Shown: in pieces, positions 1 through 9,004 of the stretch | How positions within the stretch are numbered: position 1 is the stretch's first letter | Layout: every line of letters begins with the position of its first letter | From: Snowella sp. | GTDB lineage: Bacteria > Cyanobacteriota > Cyanobacteriia > Cyanobacteriales > Microcystaceae | Length of the DNA: 32,000 bases | Assembly: GCA_035285545.1 (NCBI GenBank) | Contig: JAYKGY010000062.1 | Span: 1-32,000, forward strand | Reading direction: 5' to 3' | Program-made: the position numbers and the translations under genes | Notes under the pieces: model-generated | Seen by the model: only the letters and a program-made list of their open reading frames with translations | Told to the model about the DNA's origin: nothing | The model's database searches: none

Positions 1-162
1 GAAAATCAATGGAAAGTTCTCTTAAAGGCGGATATTTCCCATTTAGGCGGAGATTGAAACCCCGCGATCGCCCAACAAGTTAAGGAATTCTTCAACGGGT
101 CTTCTCCTGATTATGAGATGATTAAGAAATATTACTAAATAAAGCTTGTAAGGAAAAATAAT

Positions 163-498
163 ATGGCTGAAATTCAATTTTCCCGTGGTGTTAAAGAGGA
201 TGTCATTCCAGAGGTTCGGTTAACGCGATCGCGGACTGGACAAAGCGGCACAGCAAAATTTTATTTCAATGAACCCAAAATTTTCGCCAAAGATAGCACC
301 GATGAAATTACCGGAATGTATCTCGTTGATGAAGAAGGGGAAATTGTCACACGGGAGGTTCAAGGAAAGTTTGTAAACGGTCGGGCAACCGCGATCGAAG
401 CAACCTTAAAAATGGGTTCTCAAGCCGAATGGGAGCGGTTTATGCGTTTTATGGAACGTTATGGTGAAGAAAATGGGTTAGGTTTTACCAGTGCTTAA
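163..498 (+). CDS. psb28: Photosystem II accessory protein Psb28 (Psb13/Ycf79)
   Basis: 111-aa ORF with full-length resemblance to cyanobacterial Psb28: N-terminal [27 protein letters not shown]-terminal [11 protein letters not shown]. Size is typical. Confidence 0.9.
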   Translation: MAEIQFSRGVKEDVIPEVRLTRSRTGQSGTAKFYFNEPKIFAKDSTDEITGMYLVDEEGEIVTREVQGKFVNGRATAIEATLKMGSQAEWERFMRFMERYGEENGLGFTSA

Positions 499-546
499 AT
501 AACGGTTACCGAATCGTCACAGTCAGCAAATTTAACTCATTTAAAA

Positions 547-590
547 GGAGGATTGAAAATTAGTAATCAACCCTCCCTTATTATTTAGTC
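547..590. terminator. Hairpin between convergent psb28 and the SH3-domain gene; candidate bidirectional intrinsic terminator
   Basis: ggaggattga (547-556) pairs with tcaaccctcc (567-576) at 9 of 10 positions with a 10-nt loop. It is followed by T-rich cttattattt and preceded by an A-run. Confidence 0.45.
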
Positions 591-613
591 ATTTAATCAA
601 TTAACTCTGCCAA

Positions 614-1132
614 CTATTCTTCTTTTTTAAAATTTCCAGCTTTCACCCAACCTTCTTGGCCCGATTCCGGCGATCGCACCTTTGCCCAAGTTCCATCCGC
701 ATTCGTTTCTAAGACAATTAGATTGGCGTTATAACCAACTCCCCCCACGCGCTCAGCATCCGTATTCGGATTAGCCCGCAAACTCAAGCCGCTTGACCAA
801 GTAACTTTTGCTTTATAGGCTCCCTGGGGTAATGCTTCTTCCTTAGCCTGGGGCGAAGGGGTAGGAGAAGGAGAAGGTTTTGCTTCAGCCTTACTCTCAG
901 GACTCGATGCTGCTTCCGGTTTTGCTTTCGCTTCAGATTTTTCGGTTGCCTTCTTTTCCTTGGGGGCTTCCTTCACTGCTGCCTTATTTTCTTCTGTAAA
1001 GGTGGGTTTGGGTGGGGTAGCGGCTAATCGAGAAAACATTAAATAGCCTAAGAGAGATGTTGCGCCTAATAGGGCAAAAATTCCCAAGAAAAAACCTAAA
1101 ATAAACTGTAGTAAACCCGAAAACCGTTTCAT
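614..1132 (-). CDS. Membrane-anchored bacterial SH3 (SH3_3-like) domain protein with a low-complexity Pro/Ala/Lys/Glu linker
   Basis: N-terminal hydrophobic helix (LLQFILGFFLGIFALLGATSLLGYLMF). KPEAASSPESKAEAKPSPSPTPSP linker. C-terminal YKAKVTWSSGLSLRANPNTDAERVG...GWVKAGNF typical of SH3b domains. Confidence 0.7.
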   Translation of the reverse strand: MKRFSGLLQFILGFFLGIFALLGATSLLGYLMFSRLAATPPKPTFTEENKAAVKEAPKEKKATEKSEAKAKPEAASSPESKAEAKPSPSPTPSPQAKEEALPQGAYKAKVTWSSGLSLRANPNTDAERVGGVGYNANLIVLETNADGTWAKVRSPESGQEGWVKAGNFKKEE

Positions 1133-1177
1133 AGCCTTTAAACTGTAAATTATTAAAATAATATCAATCTTAGTTCA

Positions 1178-2695
1178 TTAGTTCATAGAAGTTTGAATCC
1201 GCCCAAACCGGCTGTCACGAGAGGCTAGTCTGGCCTTACCTGCGGCGGCCCAATCCTGTAAAAATTGAATTTGTTCTTGGGCAGTTCGGGCAAGGGGGAT
1301 AATTTGACTCGCGGCTTCTAGGATATCTTCCGTGACAAAATCACGGTTCTGGCTAAAACCAATGTGCATGGCTTCAATCAGGGTTTGCTCGATTTCTGCC
1401 CCCGAAAAATCTGGGGTTTCATAGGCAAGCCGTTTAATATCATAGTTTTTAATATTGTGAAGACGCAATCGAGATAAATGGACGTGGAAAATCGCTTCTC
1501 GTTCCTCCTGAGTTGGCAAGCCCACAAAAAAGATCTCATCAAAACGCCCTTTTCTCAGCATTTCGGGGGGCAAAGCTTGAATATTATTGGCAGTTGCCAC
1601 CACAAAAACGGGTGAGGATTTTTCGGCAAGCCAGGTAATAAAAGTTCCAAAAACCCGACTAGTGGTTCCCCCATCACCTTTTCCTTCGATTCCAGCAAAG
1701 GCTTTATCAATTTCATCAATCCAGAGAACGCAGGGAGCTAGGGCTTCGGCTAAACTAATCATTTGGCGAGTACGAGATTCCGATTCTCCGACTAATCCTG
1801 CAAACAAGCGACCCACATCGAGGCGTAATAGGGGTAAGTGCCAATGGTGGGAAATGGCCTTTGCTGTTAAGGATTTGCCTGTACCTTGAATCCCCACAAG
1901 TAACAAACCTCTGGGATGGGGTAAGCCGTAGGAACGGGCGCGATCGCTGAAGGAATTTCCTCTTCTCAGCAACCAATCTTTGAGATTATCTAAGCCGCCA
2001 ATATCGGTAATTTGTTCAGTGGCAGGGTAAAAATCTAAAATTTGGGTTTGACGAATGGATTGGCGTTTTTCTTCTAAAATTAATTCCACGTCTTCGGCTT
2101 CAATCTGCCCATGACTGGCCAAACAACGGGTTAACACACGGCGAATACGCTCTAAAGATAGCCCTTGAGCAGAACGGGTCAGTTCATCAATTAATTTCTC
2201 ATTCACTGATTGTCCTGTAGAAGCCAGTAGCCGTTGAATTTCTCGGCGAATCTCCTCTGCACTGGGTAGGGGAAAATCTACCACCGTTAAGACTTCTGTT
2301 AAGTCTGAGGGAATTTGTACTTGGGGAGAAACAATAACAATATTTTTCGGTTGGGATTTTAATTTTCGGGCTAAATTTCGTAGTTTTCGGGATACCGATA
2401 CATCTTCTAGGAAACGGTGAAAATCTCGCAAAATAAAAACACCACCGACTTTTTCGGGTAATTTTTCAATGAATTCTAACGCTTGTAAGGGATTGCGTTT
2501 ACCGACATTTTCGTTATTGGGATTATCCTGATAGCCATCCACAAAGTCCCAAATATAAACCGCCCGACTTCCTAAATTTCTCGCACAGTCAGCGATCGAG
2601 GTTTCAACCCGTTCTTCTTCGAGGGTGGGAATATAAATGAGCGGGTAACAGGCTCTCAGCAGTAATTCAAACTCGTTACTAAAACTCATGTTCAA
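1178..2695 (-). CDS. ycf46: AAA+ ATPase, Ycf46 family
   Basis: 505 aa. Walker A GIQGTGKS, Walker [11 protein letters not shown]. The N-terminal block [17 protein letters not shown]...[15 protein letters not shown] matches my memory of plastid/cyanobacterial Ycf46. Confidence 0.85.
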   Translation of the reverse strand: MNMSFSNEFELLLRACYPLIYIPTLEEERVETSIADCARNLGSRAVYIWDFVDGYQDNPNNENVGKRNPLQALEFIEKLPEKVGGVFILRDFHRFLEDVSVSRKLRNLARKLKSQPKNIVIVSPQVQIPSDLTEVLTVVDFPLPSAEEIRREIQRLLASTGQSVNEKLIDELTRSAQGLSLERIRRVLTRCLASHGQIEAEDVELILEEKRQSIRQTQILDFYPATEQITDIGGLDNLKDWLLRRGNSFSDRARSYGLPHPRGLLLVGIQGTGKSLTAKAISHHWHLPLLRLDVGRLFAGLVGESESRTRQMISLAEALAPCVLWIDEIDKAFAGIEGKGDGGTTSRVFGTFITWLAEKSSPVFVVATANNIQALPPEMLRKGRFDEIFFVGLPTQEEREAIFHVHLSRLRLHNIKNYDIKRLAYETPDFSGAEIEQTLIEAMHIGFSQNRDFVTEDILEAASQIIPLARTAQEQIQFLQDWAAAGKARLASRDSRFGRIQTSMN

Positions 2696-2716
2696 AGCTT
2701 ATTGACACTAAGTGGA

Positions 2717-2926
2717 TTAAACAGCAATCAGTTTACCCCGAACAGATGGTTCAGGAATGGCTTGCCCTTCTTCTCTTAGCGTATCAATATACAACGCGAT
2801 CGCTTCTTGAATGTTCGTTTTTATTGATTCTAAGCTTTTTCCCGTTGAAACACACCCAGGTAAATCAGGAACATAGGCAAAATAGTTATTATTTGCCCAT
2901 CGAGATATTCTTGCATCACGGATCCT
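2717..2926 (-). pseudogene. hicB: HicB-family antitoxin with a disrupted 5' end (no in-frame start codon; apparent 1-nt frameshift)
   Basis: Not in the ORF track. The minus-strand frame, open 2926..2717, reads RIRDARISRWANNNYFAYVPDLPGCVSTGKSLESIKTNIQEAIALYIDTLREEGQAIPEPSVRGKLIAV*. YxAYVPDLPGC and IPEP are HicB hallmarks. The only ATG (2916..2914) overlaps the hicA stop as TGATG but lies in another frame, which stops after 28 codons. Confidence 0.6.
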
Positions 2927-3059
2927 CTAGTTGGGCTTGCTTCCAAATGCTTTTTAGGGTGCCAAGTACTACTTCATCCGAAAAGTGACTTGATACTACC
3001 ACTATAACTGGCTTTATCGGATGTTTAAAAACACGATGGCTACTGGTGAAGTTCGACGG
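2916..3059 (-). pseudogene. hicA: hicA toxin, C-terminal fragment
   Basis: The minus-strand frame reads ..PSNFTSSHRVFKHPIKPVIVVVSSHFSDEVVLGTLKSIWKQAQLEDP*. This matches the HicA core (GSHxxFKHP...GTLxSILKQAGL). There is no start codon, and an in-frame stop lies just upstream at 3068-3066. Confidence 0.75.
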
Positions 3060-3172
3060 CTGACACTAACTTTAGGCAAAACGCCGAGATAAGAACATTT
3101 GTTCACAATACTTGCAAGCATACTGCTTTGACAGTAGCATGGGTACCTAGTTTTAGTTTCGCGCCCGAAAGC

Positions 3173-4603
3173 ATGACTACCCAATACCTCTCTGTAAAAG
3201 AAACCTCTGAAATCTTAAACTGCTCGGAGCAATATGTACGTCAGCTACTCCGGTATGGCGAAATCAGCGGGGAAAGGATTAGTAGTCGGTGGATTGTAGC
3301 ATCAGAGTCTGTTCAGAGCTACCGTCTCAAAGGAGAGGATATAAGCTTAAAAATCCCTGATCATGGGCGACGCTCGTTTAGCAAACCTAAACTAAAAGCT
3401 TTGAGCTTTTTTTCTGGCTGCATGGGTCTGGACTTGGGACTAGAAAAAGAAGGCATCCAAGTACTACTTGCTTGTGAAATTGATGCAGCTGCTCGAAAAA
3501 CGATTGAGATCAATCGACCAGATATGGCATTAATTGGGGATATTCGAGATTACTCAGCCACAGAAATTCGAGAAAAAGCAGGACTGAGTTCAACTGATGA
3601 GATTGATGTAATCGTTGGCGGACCGCCGTGCCAAGCCTTTAGCAGTGCGGGAAAGCGCCAAGGATTTAATGATGAACGAGGCAATGTCTTCTTGACATTT
3701 ATCGATTTAATCACTGAGCTTAAACCGAGATTTGCAGTTATTGAAAATGTTCGAGGATTATTATCTGCTCCGTTGAAGCATAGACCTCACGAAATGCGAG
3801 GAAAAAATTTCCCCCCCTTGTCTCAGGATGAGCAAAGAGGCGGTGCCCTGCTTTTTATCATTCAACGGCTCAGGAAGGCTGGGTATGGCATCTCCTTTAA
3901 CCTGTACAATGCTGCTAATTTTGGATCGCCACAACAACGGGAAAGGGTCGTCATTGCCTGTAGTCGCGGTGGAGAAAAACTTTCCTACCTCACACCCACT
4001 CATTCAGAAAAAGGTCTATATGGGCTGCCAACCTGGAAAAGTTTACGAGAAGCCTTAGAAGGTCTTCCCAAGGATGGACATCATTTTGTCAAGTTTCCTG
4101 AAAAACGGCTTAAGTATTACAGGTTGCTGAAACCCGGACAATACTGGCGGGACTTACCGGAAGAGCTACATCAAGAGGCACTAGGAGCTTCTTATCATGC
4201 AGGAGGGGGAAAAACAGGTTTTTATCGTAGGTTAGCATGGGATAAACCTGCCCCAACTTTAGTCACTCATCCAGCAATGCCAGCAACTGATCTGGCTCAT
4301 CCAGAGGAAGACAGACCTCTAAGTATTGAAGAATATAAGCGTATTCAAGAATTTCCAGATGATTGGATTATTGCAGGCACCTTACTTGATCAATATCGTC
4401 AAGTTGGCAATGCTGTACCTTGCTCTCTAGGAAGAGCAATCGCTAGGATGTTGCTATCTCGTTTAAGGAATGAACAGCCTATTGCTTATCCAGATTTCCC
4501 CTATTCCCGCTATCATAAAACAGATGATGTTAGTTGGATGAGCGATATGGGCTGCCTTGAAGGTGCTTCAATAAAGCAATTATCTCTTAACTTAGTTCGA
4601 TGA
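3173..4603 (+). CDS. DNA (cytosine-5)-methyltransferase with an N-terminal excisionase/MerR-type HTH
   Basis: m5C motifs in canonical order: FFSGCMGLDLG (I), GGPPCQAFSSAGKR (IV), ENVRGLL (VI), QQRERVVI (VIII), GNAVP (X). The N-terminus YLSVKETSEILNCSEQYVRQLLRYGEISGERISSRWIV is an HTH_17-like domain. The ATG at 3173 is preferred over the TTG at 3128 given in the ORF track. Confidence 0.9.
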   Translation: MTTQYLSVKETSEILNCSEQYVRQLLRYGEISGERISSRWIVASESVQSYRLKGEDISLKIPDHGRRSFSKPKLKALSFFSGCMGLDLGLEKEGIQVLLACEIDAAARKTIEINRPDMALIGDIRDYSATEIREKAGLSSTDEIDVIVGGPPCQAFSSAGKRQGFNDERGNVFLTFIDLITELKPRFAVIENVRGLLSAPLKHRPHEMRGKNFPPLSQDEQRGGALLFIIQRLRKAGYGISFNLYNAANFGSPQQRERVVIACSRGGEKLSYLTPTHSEKGLYGLPTWKSLREALEGLPKDGHHFVKFPEKRLKYYRLLKPGQYWRDLPEELHQEALGASYHAGGGKTGFYRRLAWDKPAPTLVTHPAMPATDLAHPEEDRPLSIEEYKRIQEFPDDWIIAGTLLDQYRQVGNAVPCSLGRAIARMLLSRLRNEQPIAYPDFPYSRYHKTDDVSWMSDMGCLEGASIKQLSLNLVR

Positions 4604-5344
4604 ATCCGATAAATCCTTCCAAGGATTGTCTACCTCAATGGCTAAGGCATCTGGATTGCGGATTAGAACCTGTTGAACAAAGGTAACGAAGTTTTCTTCT
4701 GAAAAGCGATCCGTGTTGTACTTGTTGTTGAAATAAGACCATCTATAGGAACCTGTTCTAGCATCAACCCGATACCATTTTTCAATGGGCTGATTAATTC
4801 TTACTCTGGAAGATGAGCTGTTTTCCGAGTTGCTACGGTTTTTGACCTGTAAAAGAGAACCGTCAACATTGCAAAAATCTACGTGCCGAACAGATTCTCC
4901 CCAACAACAATACCAACCATAATCAGCGAGTTGCTCAGCCAGAAACTCCTCTAGTAATAGTCCTTGGATATTTTCGGCAGACATCGATAACCTATGAGCA
5001 TATTTGATTTGCTCAAGATGCTCTGTTGTTAGTCCGGTCAATCGAGCGTTGATGATCATATCAACAATTGGATCGGCTACTGTGCCTGGGAGTTTTGAGA
5101 TTCGTCTTGAAATTCGATTTTCGTAGCTATCGTTATACTTCTTTAACCAAGTCTTTGCTAGCATCTCTGAGGTGCTGGCTTTTAGGGTTGGAGAAAGTCC
5201 TGGATTTCTGTAGCAGGCTGAGAGAATCGTTCGGTACGCTTCAAGTAATGGCTGATCTTGCTGAGAGAACGCATCTTCAAAAATCTTTAAAAAGTTTTCT
5301 TCAGAGCTTGAAGTGCTAATAATGCTATCGAAGTTAACAGGCAT
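4592..5344 (-). CDS. Putative type II restriction endonuclease, partner of the adjacent m5C methyltransferase; family uncertain, Eco47II/SinI-like is a guess
   Basis: 250-aa ORF convergent with the MTase, with a 12-bp tail-to-tail overlap. HVDFCNVDGSLLQVKNRSNSENSSS resembles the D...(E/Q)xK catalytic core and the xKNxxNT/SxNS signature seen in several type II REases. No other domain was recognised. Confidence 0.55.
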   Translation of the reverse strand: MPVNFDSIISTSSSEENFLKIFEDAFSQQDQPLLEAYRTILSACYRNPGLSPTLKASTSEMLAKTWLKKYNDSYENRISRRISKLPGTVADPIVDMIINARLTGLTTEHLEQIKYAHRLSMSAENIQGLLLEEFLAEQLADYGWYCCWGESVRHVDFCNVDGSLLQVKNRSNSENSSSSRVRINQPIEKWYRVDARTGSYRWSYFNNKYNTDRFSEENFVTFVQQVLIRNPDALAIEVDNPWKDLSDSSN

Positions 5345-5489
5345 CTAAAAATTTTCCCTCTAAACAGACAAATCATGCAACAAAAATGTCCACAATTGTA
5401 CGCCACAGTGATTTTCCCGGATTTGCTCTTCAGAGATTAAACAGTTATTCTCGAACAGGCAAGATCTCGGCTGAGGCAGTAGCCGAGAC

Positions 5490-5567
5490 TTAAGGCCATT
5501 GAACCCGCATTCTGGATTGATACCATCCATCAGTGTCTAATCGCTTAATCACTTGACGGATTTTCAT
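5490..5567 (-). pseudogene. hicA: hicA toxin, N-terminal fragment
   Basis: An ATG lies 3 nt after the hemA stop. MKIRQVIKRLDTDGWYQSRMR is a typical HicA N-terminus (xVIKxLExDGWY). The frame then reads VQWP and stops at 5492-5490. Confidence 0.75.
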
Positions 5568-5570
5568 TGT

Positions 5571-6854
5571 TTAGCCGTATTGTTCACTGACATCGAGGTC
5601 AAACAGCATTTGTAACGATTGTAAACAACGCTTACGGGCTTCGATATCCTGTTGAGCGCGCAGTTGTACCATTGGCTCGTGCAGAATCTTGTTAACAATG
5701 CCTCTGGTTAAAGCTTCGATGACTTCTTGATGTTTTTCAGCAAATTCTGTGCCTAAGCGAGAAAGGGCTTTTTCTAATTCCTGTTCCCGAATATCTTCCA
5801 CTTTACTTCTTAGGGAACTAATGGTCGGAACCGTATCCAGCGATCGCCACCACAGTTCAAAGGATTCGACTTCTTCTTCTAACAGCACTTCGGCTTCCTG
5901 GGCCATTTTGCGACGGCTTGCATGGTTTTGGGCCACAACGGCTTTTAAATCGTCCACATTAAACGCAACAACTCCCGCCATGCCATGAACATCGGAATCC
6001 ACGTTACGGGGAACAGAAATATCCACCAACATCACCGATTGGGTTTCTTGAACACAGGTCGTTAAGTTAGCCCGATTTAAAATGGGTTCCGTCGCGCCCG
6101 TACTGGTAAAGACAATATCCGACTGTCCCACAATACTCAACATTTCCGTTAAGGGTTGAAGATTCAAGGTCGCTTGGGGGAATTGGGCGGCTAATTCTTC
6201 GGAACGACGATGGGAGCGGTTCACAATGGTGATATCAGTCGCGCCTTTGGCTAACAGGTGTTTGACCAATAAGCAGGACATTTTCCCTGCCCCGATGATG
6301 GCAACTTTTTGGGTAGTTAGATCAACTTTGGTGTGAACCAGTTCTACGGCTGCCGAACTAATGGAAACGGCTCCAGTACCAATGCTGGTTTCAGTGCGGA
6401 CTCTGCGTCCTGCGGTAATGGCTTGTTTAAATAAACGGTCTAGTAAACGGTTAATGCCTTTATATTTTTGCCCTAATTTGTGGGTATTGCGAACCTGGGC
6501 GAGGATTTGTCCTTCCCCTAAGACTAAGCTTTCTAAGCCGCCTGCAACGCGCATGAGGTGACGAACCGCATCTTGATGTAAAAGGGTGAATAAATAACGT
6601 CTAAGTTGCTGTAGCTGGATATGACCGATTTCTGATAAAAATTGCGTGATCTCAGTAACGCCCTTTTCTGTTTCGGTAACGACCGCGTAAATTTCGAGTC
6701 GATTACAGGTGCTGATAATGGCGACCTCTTCGATATGGGGATAGCTGCGTAAATGGGCGATCGCGTCTTCTAATTTCGCTTCCTGAATACTGAGTTTTTC
6801 ACGAATTTCAACAGGGGCTGTTTTATGGCTCAGTCCCACAACGGCAATATTCAT
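5571..6854 (-). CDS. hemA: Glutamyl-tRNA reductase
   Basis: 427 aa. [29 protein letters not shown] with the catalytic Cys, the NADPH-binding motif IIGAGKM and a C-terminal dimerisation helix. Confidence 0.95.
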   Translation of the reverse strand: MNIAVVGLSHKTAPVEIREKLSIQEAKLEDAIAHLRSYPHIEEVAIISTCNRLEIYAVVTETEKGVTEITQFLSEIGHIQLQQLRRYLFTLLHQDAVRHLMRVAGGLESLVLGEGQILAQVRNTHKLGQKYKGINRLLDRLFKQAITAGRRVRTETSIGTGAVSISSAAVELVHTKVDLTTQKVAIIGAGKMSCLLVKHLLAKGATDITIVNRSHRRSEELAAQFPQATLNLQPLTEMLSIVGQSDIVFTSTGATEPILNRANLTTCVQETQSVMLVDISVPRNVDSDVHGMAGVVAFNVDDLKAVVAQNHASRRKMAQEAEVLLEEEVESFELWWRSLDTVPTISSLRSKVEDIREQELEKALSRLGTEFAEKHQEVIEALTRGIVNKILHEPMVQLRAQQDIEARKRCLQSLQMLFDLDVSEQYG

Positions 6855-7077
6855 GGGTTCTCCTAAGGATTCTTATCGTTTGGATAATTAACGATAGTCG
6901 TTAAAAAAATGTTTATCTCTATATGTTTGAAATGTAGACCGAATCGGGCTTCAGGACAAGGGGCTTTGTCCATAACTCTATGAAATTTTGTTAAGAAATA
7001 AACGTCTAACGACTATAAGGAAGTCAATATTTTGGGATCTCGACGGCGATCGCTGTTATTAGGGGTCAGTCAGGAAA

Positions 7078-7797
7078 TTAACGCAAATAACCATCTTCTA
7101 ATTCCACAATCCGATCCGCCACATCTAAAATCCGGTTATCGTGGGTCACAATTAAAATCGTTGAGCCTTGTTCCTGGGCTAAGCGTTGCATCAGTACGAC
7201 GACATCGTGCCCGGATTTACTATCTAAGGCGGCAGTCGGTTCGTCGGCTAAAATCATTTTGGGATGGCTGACCAGTGCCCTGGCGATCGCGACCCGTTGT
7301 TTTTGTCCGCCGGATAAATTGTGGGGATAGTAATTAATATGTTGCCCTAAGCCGACCGCTTCTAACATGGCAATGGATAATTCTTTCGCTTCCCGTGAAG
7401 AGTATTGGGGATGTAATTCAATGGACATTTGTACATTTTGTCGTGCGGTCAGGGATTCCAATAAATTATGGGCTTGGAAAATATAACCAATATGCCGACG
7501 GGTTTTCACTAAGTCCTGCTTTCTTGCACCGACTAATTCTTTGCCAAAGACTTTTAAACTGCCAGATTGGGGCGATCGCAAGCCGCCCATTAGGGTTAAC
7601 AACGTCGTTTTTCCTGACCCCGATGGGCCTTTCAGAATTACCACTTCCCCTTTATTGAGCGTTAAATGAATATCAAACAAAATTTGTTTTTTGAGCGCGC
7701 CTTCCCCATAAAAATGATTGAGATCGGCGATCGCAACTACAGCCTCATTATTTTCATTGTCCTGGGTTACGCTCACATTCGGTAAAAGTATCTGCAT
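7078..7797 (-). CDS. devA: ABC exporter ATP-binding subunit, DevA family
   Basis: Walker A GPSGSGKTT, signature LSGGQKQR, Walker B ILADEPTAALD. It is the last gene of a devB-devC-devA order. Confidence 0.85.
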   Translation of the reverse strand: MQILLPNVSVTQDNENNEAVVAIADLNHFYGEGALKKQILFDIHLTLNKGEVVILKGPSGSGKTTLLTLMGGLRSPQSGSLKVFGKELVGARKQDLVKTRRHIGYIFQAHNLLESLTARQNVQMSIELHPQYSSREAKELSIAMLEAVGLGQHINYYPHNLSGGQKQRVAIARALVSHPKMILADEPTAALDSKSGHDVVVLMQRLAQEQGSTILIVTHDNRILDVADRIVELEDGYLR

Positions 7798-7815
7798 AAA
7801 TCGATTGACAACTCC

Positions 7816-8970
7816 CTAAAAAATATCAGCCGGATCGGCCGCTCGTAATTTCCCGACCGCGATCGCCCCCGAAATCGTACACATAATCATGGTTAAAATT
7901 AAAACCGTTGTCGCCCTAGAAACCGTCATAATCAGGGGTAAGCCGGTTGCCCTTGCCGTATTCGCGTAAAACAGCATAGAAATCCCTAAACTGGGCAGAA
8001 AACCAATAACCGCTAACAACAGAGCTTCCTGGAATACCACCATTAATAAATAATTATCCCCATAGCCCATCGCTTTTAACGTGGCATATTCCGGTAAATG
8101 ATCCGCCACATCGGTATAGAGAATTTGGTAAACAATCACCGTTCCCACAATGAAACCCATCGCCGTTCCTAACCCAAAAATAAAACCGATGGTGGTGCGT
8201 TTTTCCCAATAATTTCTTTCGTGTTGGACTAATCCGGCTTTCGTAAAAACCTGAACATCCTTATTCGTCCCTAATTTATCCTTAATCGTTTGATAGACCG
8301 CATTCACATCAGCAGTTGGTTCTACCTGAATAACCCCAACATCAATTAACCCTTTAGAACGGTTGGGAAAAATTCGGAAAAAATTGACATCACTGGTAAT
8401 GACCGTTCCATCTGCCCCAAACGACCCGCCTAGCTCAAATAATCCGCCTACTTGAATGCGACGGTTGCCAATTTCCGTCTTGACTGTCTCACCGGATTCA
8501 AATTGTTTTTTAATCGGGCCAAATTCAGCACGGGATTTGGCATCAAATAGAATGACATCCGGTTGCTTGATGATGGGTAAAATCTCCTCAACGCCTGATA
8601 GGGTAAAGAGATTATTAACCGGATTCACCCCCACCACAAAAATTCGCCGAGAACCTTTTGTTTCAGGATTTTTCCAATCCGTCACATTAATATACAGCGG
8701 ACTAACATTTTTAACCCCCTCAATACCCATGACTTCGTAGAGTCGCCGCGAGGAAAAACTTCTGCCCCCCACTAAGCTGTCAGTTTTGGTGTGGAGAATA
8801 AAAATATCGCCCTGTAAACTGTTATGGAGACGAACCGAACTATCAAAGAGGGCGTTTTTAAAGCCTAATTGGATAAACATCAAAATATCTGCAAAGGCGA
8901 TTCCCGCTAAAGCAACGGCTAAGCGCATCTTTTCGTGGGTGAGTTGAAGCCAGGACAGGGGAATTTTCAT
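7816..8970 (-). CDS. devC: ABC exporter permease, DevC family (FtsX-like)
   Basis: 384 aa. It has an N-terminal TM segment, a large periplasmic loop and a C-terminal FtsX-type 3-TM bundle. It sits between the MFP and ATPase genes. Confidence 0.85.
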   Translation of the reverse strand: MKIPLSWLQLTHEKMRLAVALAGIAFADILMFIQLGFKNALFDSSVRLHNSLQGDIFILHTKTDSLVGGRSFSSRRLYEVMGIEGVKNVSPLYINVTDWKNPETKGSRRIFVVGVNPVNNLFTLSGVEEILPIIKQPDVILFDAKSRAEFGPIKKQFESGETVKTEIGNRRIQVGGLFELGGSFGADGTVITSDVNFFRIFPNRSKGLIDVGVIQVEPTADVNAVYQTIKDKLGTNKDVQVFTKAGLVQHERNYWEKRTTIGFIFGLGTAMGFIVGTVIVYQILYTDVADHLPEYATLKAMGYGDNYLLMVVFQEALLLAVIGFLPSLGISMLFYANTARATGLPLIMTVSRATTVLILTMIMCTISGAIAVGKLRAADPADIF

Positions 8971-9004
8971 GTTAAAAATTTACATTAGGGGTAAATAAGC
9001 TCAA

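Larger units (their letters stand above)
3057..5494. mobile_element. About 2.4-kb restriction-modification gene cassette inserted into hicA, bounded by imperfect direct repeats
   Basis: It separates the two hicA halves. The left repeat is cggctg-acactaacttt-aggca-aaac-gccgaga-taag (3057-3093). The right repeat is cggctg-aggca-gta-gccgaga-cttaag (5468-5494). No HIP1 octamer occurs between 2804 and 5839. Confidence 0.55.

Noticed and set aside
1-138. Possible 3' end of an upstream gene. Frame 1 reads ..ENQWKVLLKADISHLGGD, then TGA at 55-57, then NPAIAQQVKEFFNGSSPDYEMIKKYY* with no start codon. This raises the idea of readthrough or a recoded TGA.
   Set aside because: There is too little sequence, no recognisable family and no recoding signal. 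A frame-3 ending at 79-81 is equally possible. Left unannotated.
1587-1976. ORFs 1587-1889 (+) and 1755-1976 (-) inside ycf46. Similar embedded ORFs lie inside the MTase, REase, hemA, devA/B/C, pcyA, cobN, mutM, MBL-rhodanese, rubrerythrin, CHAT and aldose-epimerase genes.
   Set aside because: They lie wholly within, or antisense to, long ORFs with strong family signatures. Their compositions are Arg/Ser/Pro-rich as expected for off-frame translation.
2746-2988. 80-aa plus-strand ORF from the track.
   Set aside because: It is the antisense shadow of the hicB and hicA C-terminal coding sequences, which show clear family motifs on the minus strand.
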